Shown: positions 17,391 through 25,049 of the stretch, piece after piece
Layout: each line of letters opens with the position of its first letter
Numbering within the stretch: position 1 is the first letter of the stretch
IMG/VR virus record: IMGVR_UViG_3300045285_000046
Location: 1 to 26,919 of that record
Length of the DNA stretch: 26,919 bases
Reading direction: 5' to 3' (one strand)
From: a virus
Taxonomy: Duplodnaviria > Caudoviricetes
Position numbers and translations under genes: made by a program
The notes under the pieces: generated by a model
Told to the model about the DNA's origin: nothing
The model's database searches: none
The model's input: only the letters and a program-made list of their open reading frames with translations

Positions 17391-17765
17391 TTACGGCCCG
17401 ATGTTCAGCACACGTACTGCTGCGTAGTTGTTCGCGTTCTTGGCTTCCTCGACCTTGGCAACCGGCGAACCAGTCACCGTTGCGGTCAGGTCGGTGTCAC
17501 CACGCTTGAATCCTGCACCCGCCGTCCAGTAAAGGAAATCTCCAACGGCCGGGTTCAGTGCTACCGGAAGCAGCACGTACCAAATCCGTTCTGCGGAGAA
17601 TTCCCCACCATACGACCGGACAGTATCGGCCACTGCGATCTTCGTCATGGCAATGTGGTTCCAACCATTCAGACGATACAAGTCGCCGAAATTGATGATC
17701 TGACCACCGGGAGCGGTAAACGTTGCGCCCGTAGTTGCTTTGCCATCACCTTTCAACTGTCCCAT
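17391..17765 (-). CDS. Capsid decoration / cement protein (DUF2190-like), 124 aa
   Basis: GDLYRLNGW...AVGDFLYW...VAKVEEAKNANNYAAVRV; directly upstream of capsid. Confidence 0.72.
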   Translation of the reverse strand: MGQLKGDGKATTGATFTAPGGQIINFGDLYRLNGWNHIAMTKIAVADTVRSYGGEFSAERIWYVLLPVALNPAVGDFLYWTAGAGFKRGDTDLTATVTGSPVAKVEEAKNANNYAAVRVLNIGP

Positions 17766-17786
17766 GAAATTACCCTCCTCTCCCGG

Positions 17787-18308
17787 CTAGTTGTCGTTGC
17801 CGCTATCACGATTTGCAATGTAATGCTCCACATCGCCCTTCGTGATTCGGCCATCCTGACCCGTGCCCTCGACCTGAGCAAGATCAACGTCCTCTTCCTC
17901 AGCAAGCTCCGTGGCACTTTCAGTCGCGTCGATTTCAGCACCGGCCTGCGGCCCAGCCGCAACGTCAGCACCATAGTCCTCTGAAATTGCAGCCGTACCG
18001 CTTTCCAGTCCTGCAAGCGGATGACCGTCTTCCAGAGTCATGAGACGTGAAGCTGCCGACGCAGGATCGGACGAACCGTACTGCGGCGGGCCGAACACCT
18101 TCGGTGTCAATTCCATGCCCTGCAACTCCTCCGAGAGATAGGGGTTGGACGAAGCGGACGGTGCCGGGAGAATTACACCCGTCGGAGACGTAGCACCAGC
18201 CGCAACCTCTGCATCCGCAGCCGCGTCCATCGCCTCCAAGTCCATGTGATCGCCTGCGGCAATCGTTTCATCCGCTGGCTTCTGTACGTGCGCTTTTCTG
18301 TTAGCCAC
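17787..18308 (-). CDS. Acidic protein with C-terminal E3-binding (PSBD)-like domain, 173 aa
   Basis: TAAGGAGGT SD; ATESATELAEEEDVDLAQVEGTGQDGRITKGDVEHY matches the PSBD signature DLxxVxGTGxxGRITKxDV. Confidence 0.82.
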   Translation of the reverse strand: MANRKAHVQKPADETIAAGDHMDLEAMDAAADAEVAAGATSPTGVILPAPSASSNPYLSEELQGMELTPKVFGPPQYGSSDPASAASRLMTLEDGHPLAGLESGTAAISEDYGADVAAGPQAGAEIDATESATELAEEEDVDLAQVEGTGQDGRITKGDVEHYIANRDSGNDN

Positions 18309-18320
18309 CGAATTACCTCC

Positions 18321-18905
18321 TTACACCCGCGCCTTGACGCGAACGTTGGTGGTGGACATTCCCGGCTTCCACTCCTTAGTGGAATTTCGGTCGTCCTGCT
18401 CCGTCGTCGGAAGATCGGCAGGTGCGCTTTCCATCTCCGAAACGACCTTCTTCAGCGAGTCATCACCATCGATGATCGTCGTCACCATTTCCGAAACGGC
18501 TTTCTCATCGTCCTCGGAATTTCCGGTGAGCTTCACATCGCGTGACTCCATCTCGCCTACAAGGATGCGCCGCACGAGAGACTTGTCGTTCTCGTCGCCA
18601 CCCTTGAACCGCTTGTCAAGCACCTTGTCGAGAATTCCATCTCTCAGGGACTTGGCCTCACTCTTCAGCTTCGTCATCGCAGCCTGAACCACGGAAATTT
18701 CATCCGAGTCATCCTTCAAACCGAGAATGGTGCGAAGCTGCGGGAGAAGATCAAGAGTCGGCTTGACTGCCGTAGCAGCGGCCTCCATCTCGCTCACCTT
18801 CGTCTCCAACGGCTTACGCGCCTCCCCTTCGATTGTCTCGACCAAACCGGGATTGTGCGCGCGAAGCTCATTGGCCTGAAGCGCAGCAATTTCCTCTGGC
18901 TTCAC
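18321..18905 (-). CDS. Nested in-frame scaffolding protein, 194 aa
   Basis: GAAAGGAG-TGACACA-GTG in frame at the protease/scaffold boundary. Confidence 0.65.
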   Translation of the reverse strand: MKPEEIAALQANELRAHNPGLVETIEGEARKPLETKVSEMEAAATAVKPTLDLLPQLRTILGLKDDSDEISVVQAAMTKLKSEAKSLRDGILDKVLDKRFKGGDENDKSLVRRILVGEMESRDVKLTGNSEDDEKAVSEMVTTIIDGDDSLKKVVSEMESAPADLPTTEQDDRNSTKEWKPGMSTTNVRVKARV

Positions 18906-19490
18906 TGTGTCACTCCTTTCTTCCATTTCAGATGTGAGAGCGCCTGCTAGTCGCGCACTCATTCCGGCCGCTCGTGGCCGGGACAGATCGATGGACTCGA
19001 TTTGAAATTTCTCTACCCGTTCTCCTTTCATGTACGGGGTGCCGGACATGAGGCCACGCCACGACACAGTTTTCACGAGGCCACGCTTCAAGTATTCGCG
19101 GGCCTTGGTTCCAGGCAACACGTATGCCTTGACTGCCATCCGTGCCTTGTCTCCTGTTTGAAGCATCTTTGCGCCGACCCACTGAAGCTGAATTTCAGGG
19201 AAGGCAAATCCATGATCGTCGGGCTTGATGTGTCCCATGTACCCGACAATCGGATCGCTCTCAGCGGCCGTATTCATTTCAGACACAACCTGCCCGAAAA
19301 GCTCTGGCCCCCAGTAGCGCTTCTGCTTTGACCAACCGGACTCGATAACGAACGTTGCGAAACGAGGATCATCGTCACCGTCGGTTACTGCGGCCAGAAT
19401 TTCAGGACGCACAGTAACCATGCCGGAAGCATCGGTTGCCATCTCTGAGGCAACCGTATCGAACTCCTCGAAAATTTCCTGCTCGTCCAT
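18321..19490 (-). CDS. Prohead maturation protease fused to scaffold, 389 aa
   Basis: N-half has candidate catalytic His (GYMGH), Ser (TVSW) and Asp (ESIDL); C-half is acidic and helical; lies between portal and capsid. Confidence 0.8.
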   Translation of the reverse strand: MDEQEIFEEFDTVASEMATDASGMVTVRPEILAAVTDGDDDPRFATFVIESGWSKQKRYWGPELFGQVVSEMNTAAESDPIVGYMGHIKPDDHGFAFPEIQLQWVGAKMLQTGDKARMAVKAYVLPGTKAREYLKRGLVKTVSWRGLMSGTPYMKGERVEKFQIESIDLSRPRAAGMSARLAGALTSEMEERSDTVKPEEIAALQANELRAHNPGLVETIEGEARKPLETKVSEMEAAATAVKPTLDLLPQLRTILGLKDDSDEISVVQAAMTKLKSEAKSLRDGILDKVLDKRFKGGDENDKSLVRRILVGEMESRDVKLTGNSEDDEKAVSEMVTTIIDGDDSLKKVVSEMESAPADLPTTEQDDRNSTKEWKPGMSTTNVRVKARV

Positions 19491-20008
19491 TACTTCCTCC
19501 GAAGAGTCTTCCCACCGAAAAGAGTGAAACGGTTCGGCGGAATTACATGCCCACGATTCTTCCGTCCCGCTGCTGCCTGCGGCTGACGATGAATCGTGAC
19601 AGCGCCGGGAGCTTCCTCGGGATGGAAACTCGGGTTCGGGTTAACCGCATCCACATTTTCAGCTTCCGGTGAAAACATCGCCACAGTCGGATTCTGTGCG
19701 AACGGCGGCGGTGCAGTGGCCGACAGAAGGTTGTACGGGTCTTTCCTGAAAAGCCGCCGCACACTCTGCCGCTTGCCACCAAGAAGTCTCTTACCTGCCT
19801 GCGTTACCTGATTCTTCGTAACGACAGGGTTGTTCAGCTCCTCAGTTGTAATTCCAGGGTTGCCACGCTGAAGAGTCTTAAACGTGAACGGATCAAGAGC
19901 ACGAAGTACGCGGACGCTCTTACGAACATCACTCGGCTTCTGCGTATTCGGAGTCTTGTTCGGACTCGTATTTCCGATCCTGCCCCTAGTGGGCTTTGCG
20001 TTTGCCAT
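19490..20008 (-). CDS. Basic, Pro/Arg/Lys-rich, probably disordered protein, 172 aa
   Basis: AAGGAGGG SD; stop overlaps the protease ATG. Confidence 0.78.
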   Translation of the reverse strand: MANAKPTRGRIGNTSPNKTPNTQKPSDVRKSVRVLRALDPFTFKTLQRGNPGITTEELNNPVVTKNQVTQAGKRLLGGKRQSVRRLFRKDPYNLLSATAPPPFAQNPTVAMFSPEAENVDAVNPNPSFHPEEAPGAVTIHRQPQAAAGRKNRGHVIPPNRFTLFGGKTLRRK

Positions 20009-20020
20009 GAATTTCCCTCC

Positions 20021-20185
20021 TTACTTCCGCTTGATCCTGAATCGCCGGTTACTCGTCTGTCCGTAGTTGATGAGTTCCTTCATATGCGCAATCGCGGGCG
20101 AACGAAGAACAGTAATTCCGCCAGCACGCACACCCTGCAAAGTGGAACGAGCTACCGCTGCTCTTCCCTGTTGCTTCTGTGTCAT
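20021..20185 (-). CDS. Basic 54-aa protein; not in ORF track
   Basis: GGAGGAGG SD; MTQKQQGRAAVARSTLQGVRAGGITVLRSPAIAHMKELINYGQTSNRRFRIKRK. Confidence 0.72.
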   Translation of the reverse strand: MTQKQQGRAAVARSTLQGVRAGGITVLRSPAIAHMKELINYGQTSNRRFRIKRK

Positions 20186-20202
20186 CTATTTCTTCCTCCT
20201 CC

Positions 20203-20325
20203 CTAAATCCTGCGCAAGTGAATGAAAATTCCGCCCGGTGGAATTCTTACGACTCTCTTGCCACCTGACGCTCCGACATGACCACGACGGAGAAATTGTC
20301 CCTTGGTCTTCCGTGTCTTCATCAT
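20203..20325 (-). CDS. Basic 40-aa protein; not in ORF track
   Basis: GGGAGGT SD 7 nt before ATG; MMKTRKTKGQFLRRGHVGASGGKRVVRIPPGGIFIHLRRI. Confidence 0.62.
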   Translation of the reverse strand: MMKTRKTKGQFLRRGHVGASGGKRVVRIPPGGIFIHLRRI

Positions 20326-20330
20326 CGTTG

Positions 20331-20471
20331 TTACCTCCCGTGAGTCTGCCGCTTGCGCCGTCTGCCCATCGTTGCCGCCATCTGCTTAGGCGACTTGGCC
20401 CTGGGCCTTCGTCTGACGGCTGACTTTGAAATTCTCAGCTTGCGCTTTCTGCCTGCTCCTGCGCGCCTCAT
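20331..20471 (-). CDS. Protamine-like 46-aa protein; not in ORF track
   Basis: ATGA overlap with portal stop; MRRAGAGRKRKLRISKSAVRRRPRAKSPKQMAATMGRRRKRQTHGR. Confidence 0.68.
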   Translation of the reverse strand: MRRAGAGRKRKLRISKSAVRRRPRAKSPKQMAATMGRRRKRQTHGR

Positions 20472-21988
20472 TCGTTCTTCCCCTGTGGCCCACCAGCAAC
20501 CGGAACCGGCTGAGATGAGGATGAAGGCTGATTACCCGCTAGGGCCGCAGGCGGCGGCACAATCGCGTGTGCGGCCTCGTATGCATTGCCTTGCATCTGA
20601 TCGAGGTATTCACGGATCGTCTCACGGTATGTCTCGTCAGAAATTTCACCCCGCTGAGCTGCAACTTCCAGGCCCATAATCATCTGCTGGAATGCCTGAG
20701 CCAGCACAAGACGATCATCGGGCCTGATCTGATCCCACACGACATGCGCCCTGTAGGGAATTTCACCGTAAGCAACAAGCGCCATCTTGCAGAGCTGCTG
20801 CACTGCCTTCTGGAAATTGATCCGCTTGCGAGTGATCTTCCGCAGGAACGGAACGGTCTGTGCGTTGCGGTCGCTATTAGCTGATCCTGCATCGACTCTC
20901 ATGAACGCCCATTCCGGCGTCTGTGATGCAATCGCAATGCAGTCGATGAGGAAATCTGCCAGCGTCTTAGTGTCGCCCAAGACGGACTTTGCTTCCAAGA
21001 ATCCTGCATCCTCTTCGGAGTTGAAGAAGATAATTTCACGTCCGCTCCAATTGACTGACGCCCCATCCTTGATCGTTCCTGTGTCCGTGTCCCATGCCTC
21101 GGGGAAATTGTTCTTGATGAACTGCCCCACATCCACTACTTTCAGTTTGATCTTCGGTGTGGAGTGATAACGGTGAGCTTGCAAGCCCTGTGCGATTACA
21201 TCGTGGAAAGCATCGATGAATGGAATTACACTCTCTAGGTCTGACTGTCCGCCCTGAAGAGATGAGTCCCATTCGTTCCAGACTTCCAACACTGGCACGA
21301 AGCCCCACTTGTTAGTGCTCTCCATGTCGGTAAGCCACGAGCTTGTGTTCTGATCGTAGAAGCGATATTTGCCCTTTGTAATTACCTCTACGACATCGTG
21401 CTCTTCCTCTTGCGCCTCCAAGCCCTGTGTCAAATCGGCTGGCTCCGTAACGAGCACCATGCGATGAAGAATCTGCACTTGCTCAATTACATTCTTGTTC
21501 CGAAGCGAGTATTGAATGTCCACGCGCTCCGGTGCAAGACACTCGATCTGATAATGTGTTGCTTCCTCCAACGTCATCAACGGATCAAGGATGTCAGGCT
21601 GGCGCAGTCTGACAATTACCTTTGAGTCACGGATCGAAGACTTGAACATCTCCTGTAGATCGGCAGCCCAGTAATCCGTGATGCACTCATTCAAATGTTC
21701 CTCCAACGTATCGTCTTCCAGTCGAATGGTTGGAATTCCAATGAAGGACACCTGAAGATCGACAATCGGTTTGGCGAAAGCAGCACCAAGCCTGTTGTCT
21801 CCGGAATTTCTGTAGAGCTGACGGCACAGGTCGTAGTTGACAACCGTTCCTTCAGCCGCAGGATGAGTCTTGGGCCAGAACGTATTGCCAATTACACGGA
21901 ACGACGAGCGGATTCCAGCGAAACTGAAAAAGCTGAACAACGACGATGAAACAACCTGCTCGCTGATGACTCTAAGCGGGTTACGCAT
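20468..21988 (-). CDS. Portal protein (SPP1 gp6-like), ~506 aa
   Basis: AKPIVDLQVSFIG and WGFVPVLEVWN...GQSDLESVIPFIDAF are SPP1-like portal motifs; start ATG 21988 or GTG 21994. Confidence 0.88.
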   Translation of the reverse strand: MRNPLRVISEQVVSSSLFSFFSFAGIRSSFRVIGNTFWPKTHPAAEGTVVNYDLCRQLYRNSGDNRLGAAFAKPIVDLQVSFIGIPTIRLEDDTLEEHLNECITDYWAADLQEMFKSSIRDSKVIVRLRQPDILDPLMTLEEATHYQIECLAPERVDIQYSLRNKNVIEQVQILHRMVLVTEPADLTQGLEAQEEEHDVVEVITKGKYRFYDQNTSSWLTDMESTNKWGFVPVLEVWNEWDSSLQGGQSDLESVIPFIDAFHDVIAQGLQAHRYHSTPKIKLKVVDVGQFIKNNFPEAWDTDTGTIKDGASVNWSGREIIFFNSEEDAGFLEAKSVLGDTKTLADFLIDCIAIASQTPEWAFMRVDAGSANSDRNAQTVPFLRKITRKRINFQKAVQQLCKMALVAYGEIPYRAHVVWDQIRPDDRLVLAQAFQQMIMGLEVAAQRGEISDETYRETIREYLDQMQGNAYEAAHAIVPPPAALAGNQPSSSSQPVPVAGGPQGKNE

Positions 21989-22589
21989 CTTCACCCTCCT
22001 CGACTTCCGCCATTTCAGTTGAAGCCGCTAGGAGAGATTCCAGGCGCTCCACGAGCTGTGCTGCTTCCTCTTGCACTTCGGGACTTGCCTCGCGTAGACG
22101 ATCTACAAGGCCGTCGTCGGTAACTGTAATTTGATCCTCGTTGACGTTGTGCCGCTCCTGCTTGGATGCCTTCGGCAATCCGGCGCGGTCAAGAACTTCC
22201 GCCGCAGCCTGAAGCACGAGTTTGTCGTCACCGGAGGAACGCATTACGTCCACGATGGCCTGCACTGCCTCGATCATGTAGCCCTCTAGCAAGTCCATCG
22301 CTGCCGCAGGCAATTTCGATCTGAGAAGCGTTAGCTTTTCAGTGACTTCGGGAGCTGCAAGAATATCCGCGATCTGATTACGTGAAATTCCAATCGCCCT
22401 AGCCATCTGAGTGTTGTTGTACCCAGCCAGCTTCATCACGAGCACCATGTCAATTACGTGATCGACTTCACCGGGCAGAAGCTTGCGCGTTTTCAGAACG
22501 TCCTGCTTGTACCTACGACGGACGCGCTTGACTTCGTTCTTCTTGGCCGCAGCTCTTGCGTTAGGGGTTGAAGCTCTGCGCTCAGTCAT
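21981..22589 (-). CDS. HTH protein, candidate terminase small subunit, 202 aa
   Basis: ATG at 22589 (TAATG overlap); HTH GYNNTQMARAIGISRNQIADIL; LQAAAEVLDRAG helix seen in TerS-like proteins. Confidence 0.6.
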   Translation of the reverse strand: MTERRASTPNARAAAKKNEVKRVRRRYKQDVLKTRKLLPGEVDHVIDMVLVMKLAGYNNTQMARAIGISRNQIADILAAPEVTEKLTLLRSKLPAAAMDLLEGYMIEAVQAIVDVMRSSGDDKLVLQAAAEVLDRAGLPKASKQERHNVNEDQITVTDDGLVDRLREASPEVQEEAAQLVERLESLLAASTEMAEVEEGEDA

Positions 22590-24280
22590 TACATCACGTT
22601 CCTGTTTAGGAAATTGCTGACAGAAGGCGGCACCATCAAGGAAGGCTGTTGCTGCGCGGCAACAGTGGCAAACATTCCAGCGTGATGCCAATGGTCGGGG
22701 TTCCGGTTCTTTGCCCAACGTGAAACGATTGTGCCCTTCGTATTTTCCTCTTCCAGCCTTACCATCTGCGTGAGCTGGTGATAGAGGCCGTTGTAATCCT
22801 TGTTCGGCATGTTCTCGCCCAAGTCTCGGGCATCAACAGGAAGCCATGCATTGCCGTTGATGAAATCTTGGATGAAGGTGTCAAGTGCCATCGACTTGTC
22901 GATGTTGACTCGTCCAGCCTCTCCAACCTTAACCGGATGAAATACCGCCATCTCCGAAGCCTGCATTCGATCCTCAGAGAAACCGACACGGAGCTTGCCG
23001 TGGTATTTCAATGCAAGGTCAGCGGCCAGCTTTTTCTCCGGGTGAGCATCGATCACTCCTGACCACTGCACGAGGCCCGAAAGGAAATCATCAAGGTCGC
23101 TCCATTTCGTCAAGAGCTTCATATTCCACAGGAGCTTCTGACCACCACGAGCGAAGTGCCAGCACCAAACGTGAATTTTCGTTCCCACGTCGATCCCGAC
23201 GCTGACCCACGAATTTGGAATTCCGCCCATCGTGTAGCCCTTCATGCGGCACTTGTCCAACAGCTCCGGTGTCAGCTTGTCTCCGGGTGCCGCATAGGGC
23301 CGACCCATGTTCAGGTTCCAGAAGGATTTGAATTTCCTCGCTTCGCGCTGCCCAGCGAAGTAGTCGTTCATGATTTCGCTGAGCTGCTGCGTCGGTGAAT
23401 TCAGTTGCGAAATGTGGTAACCCCTGATTTCACCCTGAAGGTTAAACGGACTCCAACGGCCTAGCGCATTCAGTCCCGGTCTTTCCTCGTCTGAAATTGC
23501 CCGCTTGCAAAACGTGCATTCAAGGACGGTGGAAAACGCATCGTCCCCAAGCTTGACATTACTGTAGTCAAGGGCTGGGTCATTGAAATTGAGAACTTGG
23601 AATCTGTTGCAACCAGGGCAGGGAACTTCCCATCGGTGTTGGTCTGAAATGGCCCAGGCGTCGTCAGCGTAAACTCCGTAACCTTCCACGGTAGGCGTCG
23701 AGAGCACAAGCATCTGACGAATTTTCGAGCCGTCCATGCGATGCCGTGCGTCTTCAAGGTGTTCATCAACCATGCGGTCACGCTCGTCCCAAATTTCAAA
23801 GTCCACGGGGAACTCTTGCAGCTCGCGCTGGATGTTTGTACCTCGTACATAGAAATTCACCCCGTCCGAAGTCTGCTTGTGCAAGCGGTTGTCTACCGAG
23901 GAGAACCGACCGTCGAGCAGAGGGTTCATGTCGATGATCGGATCAATGCGCCCCTGGACGAATGGAATTGCACCTGTCTTTAGCGGCAAGAGGTAGAGGC
24001 CGTTCCACTTGCGCTCCAAGACGTTGTGCAATGTGCGCGTGAGAGCCGTCACGGTCAGCCTCATCTGAGCACCCTTTGGAATTACAATAATCTGGCTGTA
24101 ATCCCTGATGATCTTCCGGACGTACTCCCCGCCCTCTAGGGTAAAATTACGCGCGTCTACTCTCAGGCTTATCCCAAGCGCCCACTCGTCGGGGCGAGCC
24201 AAAGTCCTCAAAGAACGGAAATTGCCGCCTCGTTGGGCGGCGTTTCCTTCGGAAATGCGGGATTTCGTCTTTGTCGTCAA
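22589..24280 (-). CDS. terL: Terminase large subunit, lambda GpA family, ~563 aa
   Basis: KGAQMRLT (Walker A region), IWDERD (Walker B), LSTPT, SDQHRWEVPCPGC, GYHISQLNSP, FWNLNMG, GIDVG. Likely start is TTG 24280 with GGAG SD. Confidence 0.93.
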   Translation of the reverse strand: MTTKTKSRISEGNAAQRGGNFRSLRTLARPDEWALGISLRVDARNFTLEGGEYVRKIIRDYSQIIVIPKGAQMRLTVTALTRTLHNVLERKWNGLYLLPLKTGAIPFVQGRIDPIIDMNPLLDGRFSSVDNRLHKQTSDGVNFYVRGTNIQRELQEFPVDFEIWDERDRMVDEHLEDARHRMDGSKIRQMLVLSTPTVEGYGVYADDAWAISDQHRWEVPCPGCNRFQVLNFNDPALDYSNVKLGDDAFSTVLECTFCKRAISDEERPGLNALGRWSPFNLQGEIRGYHISQLNSPTQQLSEIMNDYFAGQREARKFKSFWNLNMGRPYAAPGDKLTPELLDKCRMKGYTMGGIPNSWVSVGIDVGTKIHVWCWHFARGGQKLLWNMKLLTKWSDLDDFLSGLVQWSGVIDAHPEKKLAADLALKYHGKLRVGFSEDRMQASEMAVFHPVKVGEAGRVNIDKSMALDTFIQDFINGNAWLPVDARDLGENMPNKDYNGLYHQLTQMVRLEEENTKGTIVSRWAKNRNPDHWHHAGMFATVAAQQQPSLMVPPSVSNFLNRNVM

Positions 24281-24316
24281 AGCGGCTCCGCTGAAATAGC
24301 TGGGGTGCTTTTCCCC

Positions 24317-24345
24317 ACTATAGAGCCAATTCCCAAACCACGGAA
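24317..24345 (-). promoter_or_regulatory. Possible promoter for the packaging/structural operon
   Basis: TTCCGT-17 nt-TATAGT between the terminator and terL; the -35 is weak. Confidence 0.3.
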
Positions 24346-24350
24346 ATCCC

Positions 24351-24382
24351 AATAGGAAGAGCCGCCCGAAGACGGCTCTTCC
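24351..24382 (-). terminator. Intrinsic terminator-like hairpin
   Basis: GGAAGAGCCGTC-TTCG-GGCGGCTCTTCC-TATT: 12-bp stem, C(UUCG)G loop, short U-rich tail. Confidence 0.78.
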
Positions 24383-24437
24383 TTGGCCCGAACGTCAGTC
24401 ACCCGAGAAGGTGGCACGACGCCCGTAGTTGTAGCAG

Positions 24438-25049
24438 CTAAGCCACCTGAGCCTGCTTACCGCTCTTCTTCCGCTCCCGATCCTTGGCCCGAATTTCCTC
24501 GGCTTTCTTTTCGGAGATTTCACGAACGTTCCTGCGCTTCAGCTCCGCATCAATGTCACCATGCGGCCGATACAGATGCTCTCTGGCAGTGACCTTCTTT
24601 TCGGGTTCCCCACGCATGTTGACGCCCCTGCTGATCGAGTCACGATGCCGGACTTCGTTCTTGCGCCGAATTGAAATTACTTCAAGCAAACAACGTCTAA
24701 CAGTCTCCTTGCGAACGCTTCTCCGCTTGCCGTCAAGAATCTTACTTAGGTTCTCTGTAGCAATTTCAATCCGCCGAGCGAATTCAGCTCTACCTACTCG
24801 ATTCACGCCCTCGATGAAATACGGAAGAACCTGATGCACTGGGACAAGACCATGCGCAATGTCTCCTCCCCATCTCCACATTTCACAAAGACGGCACCGA
24901 GTCCTGAAACCCTGCGAGCCGTGAGGGACACGCCTCGGATAGAAATATTTTTCAGTCAGCGGCAACCACGTTGGCTCATTGTGTGCTGGCCCACGACACA
25001 GCCTATGCAATTGTCCGTTAATTTCCTTTATCGGTGGCTTTGGTGGCAC
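24438..25049 (-). CDS. Zn-finger plus XRE-like HTH DNA-binding protein, ~203 aa
   Basis: Probable GTG start (VPPKPPIKE); CRGPAH...CRLC; GRAEFARRIEIATENLSKILDGKR; basic tail. Confidence 0.65.
   Translation of the reverse strand: MPPKPPIKEINGQLHRLCRGPAHNEPTWLPLTEKYFYPRRVPHGSQGFRTRCRLCEMWRWGGDIAHGLVPVHQVLPYFIEGVNRVGRAEFARRIEIATENLSKILDGKRRSVRKETVRRCLLEVISIRRKNEVRHRDSISRGVNMRGEPEKKVTAREHLYRPHGDIDAELKRRNVREISEKKAEEIRAKDRERKKSGKQAQVA

Noticed and set aside
16316-17984. Long plus-strand ORFs (308 aa and 271 aa) opposite capsid and decoration genes
   Set aside because: Antisense shadows of codon-biased genes; no recognisable motifs. The same applies to the other plus-strand ORFs in the track.
17787-18308. 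Auxiliary metabolic gene (dihydrolipoamide acyltransferase)
   Set aside because: Only the ~40-aa binding domain is present; no lipoyl or catalytic domain.
20186-20470. Stop-codon readthrough extension of the portal ending ...DLGRRKK
   Set aside because: Needs two TGA readthroughs and has no own start; three SD- or overlap-supported ORFs explain the interval better.
22589-24352. ORF-track starts for terL and several others (975, 3643, 7826, 8401, 13804, 14277, 14738, 22718, 25238, 26341)
   Set aside because: They overlap upstream genes or hairpins; downstream starts with SD or stop-start coupling fit better.
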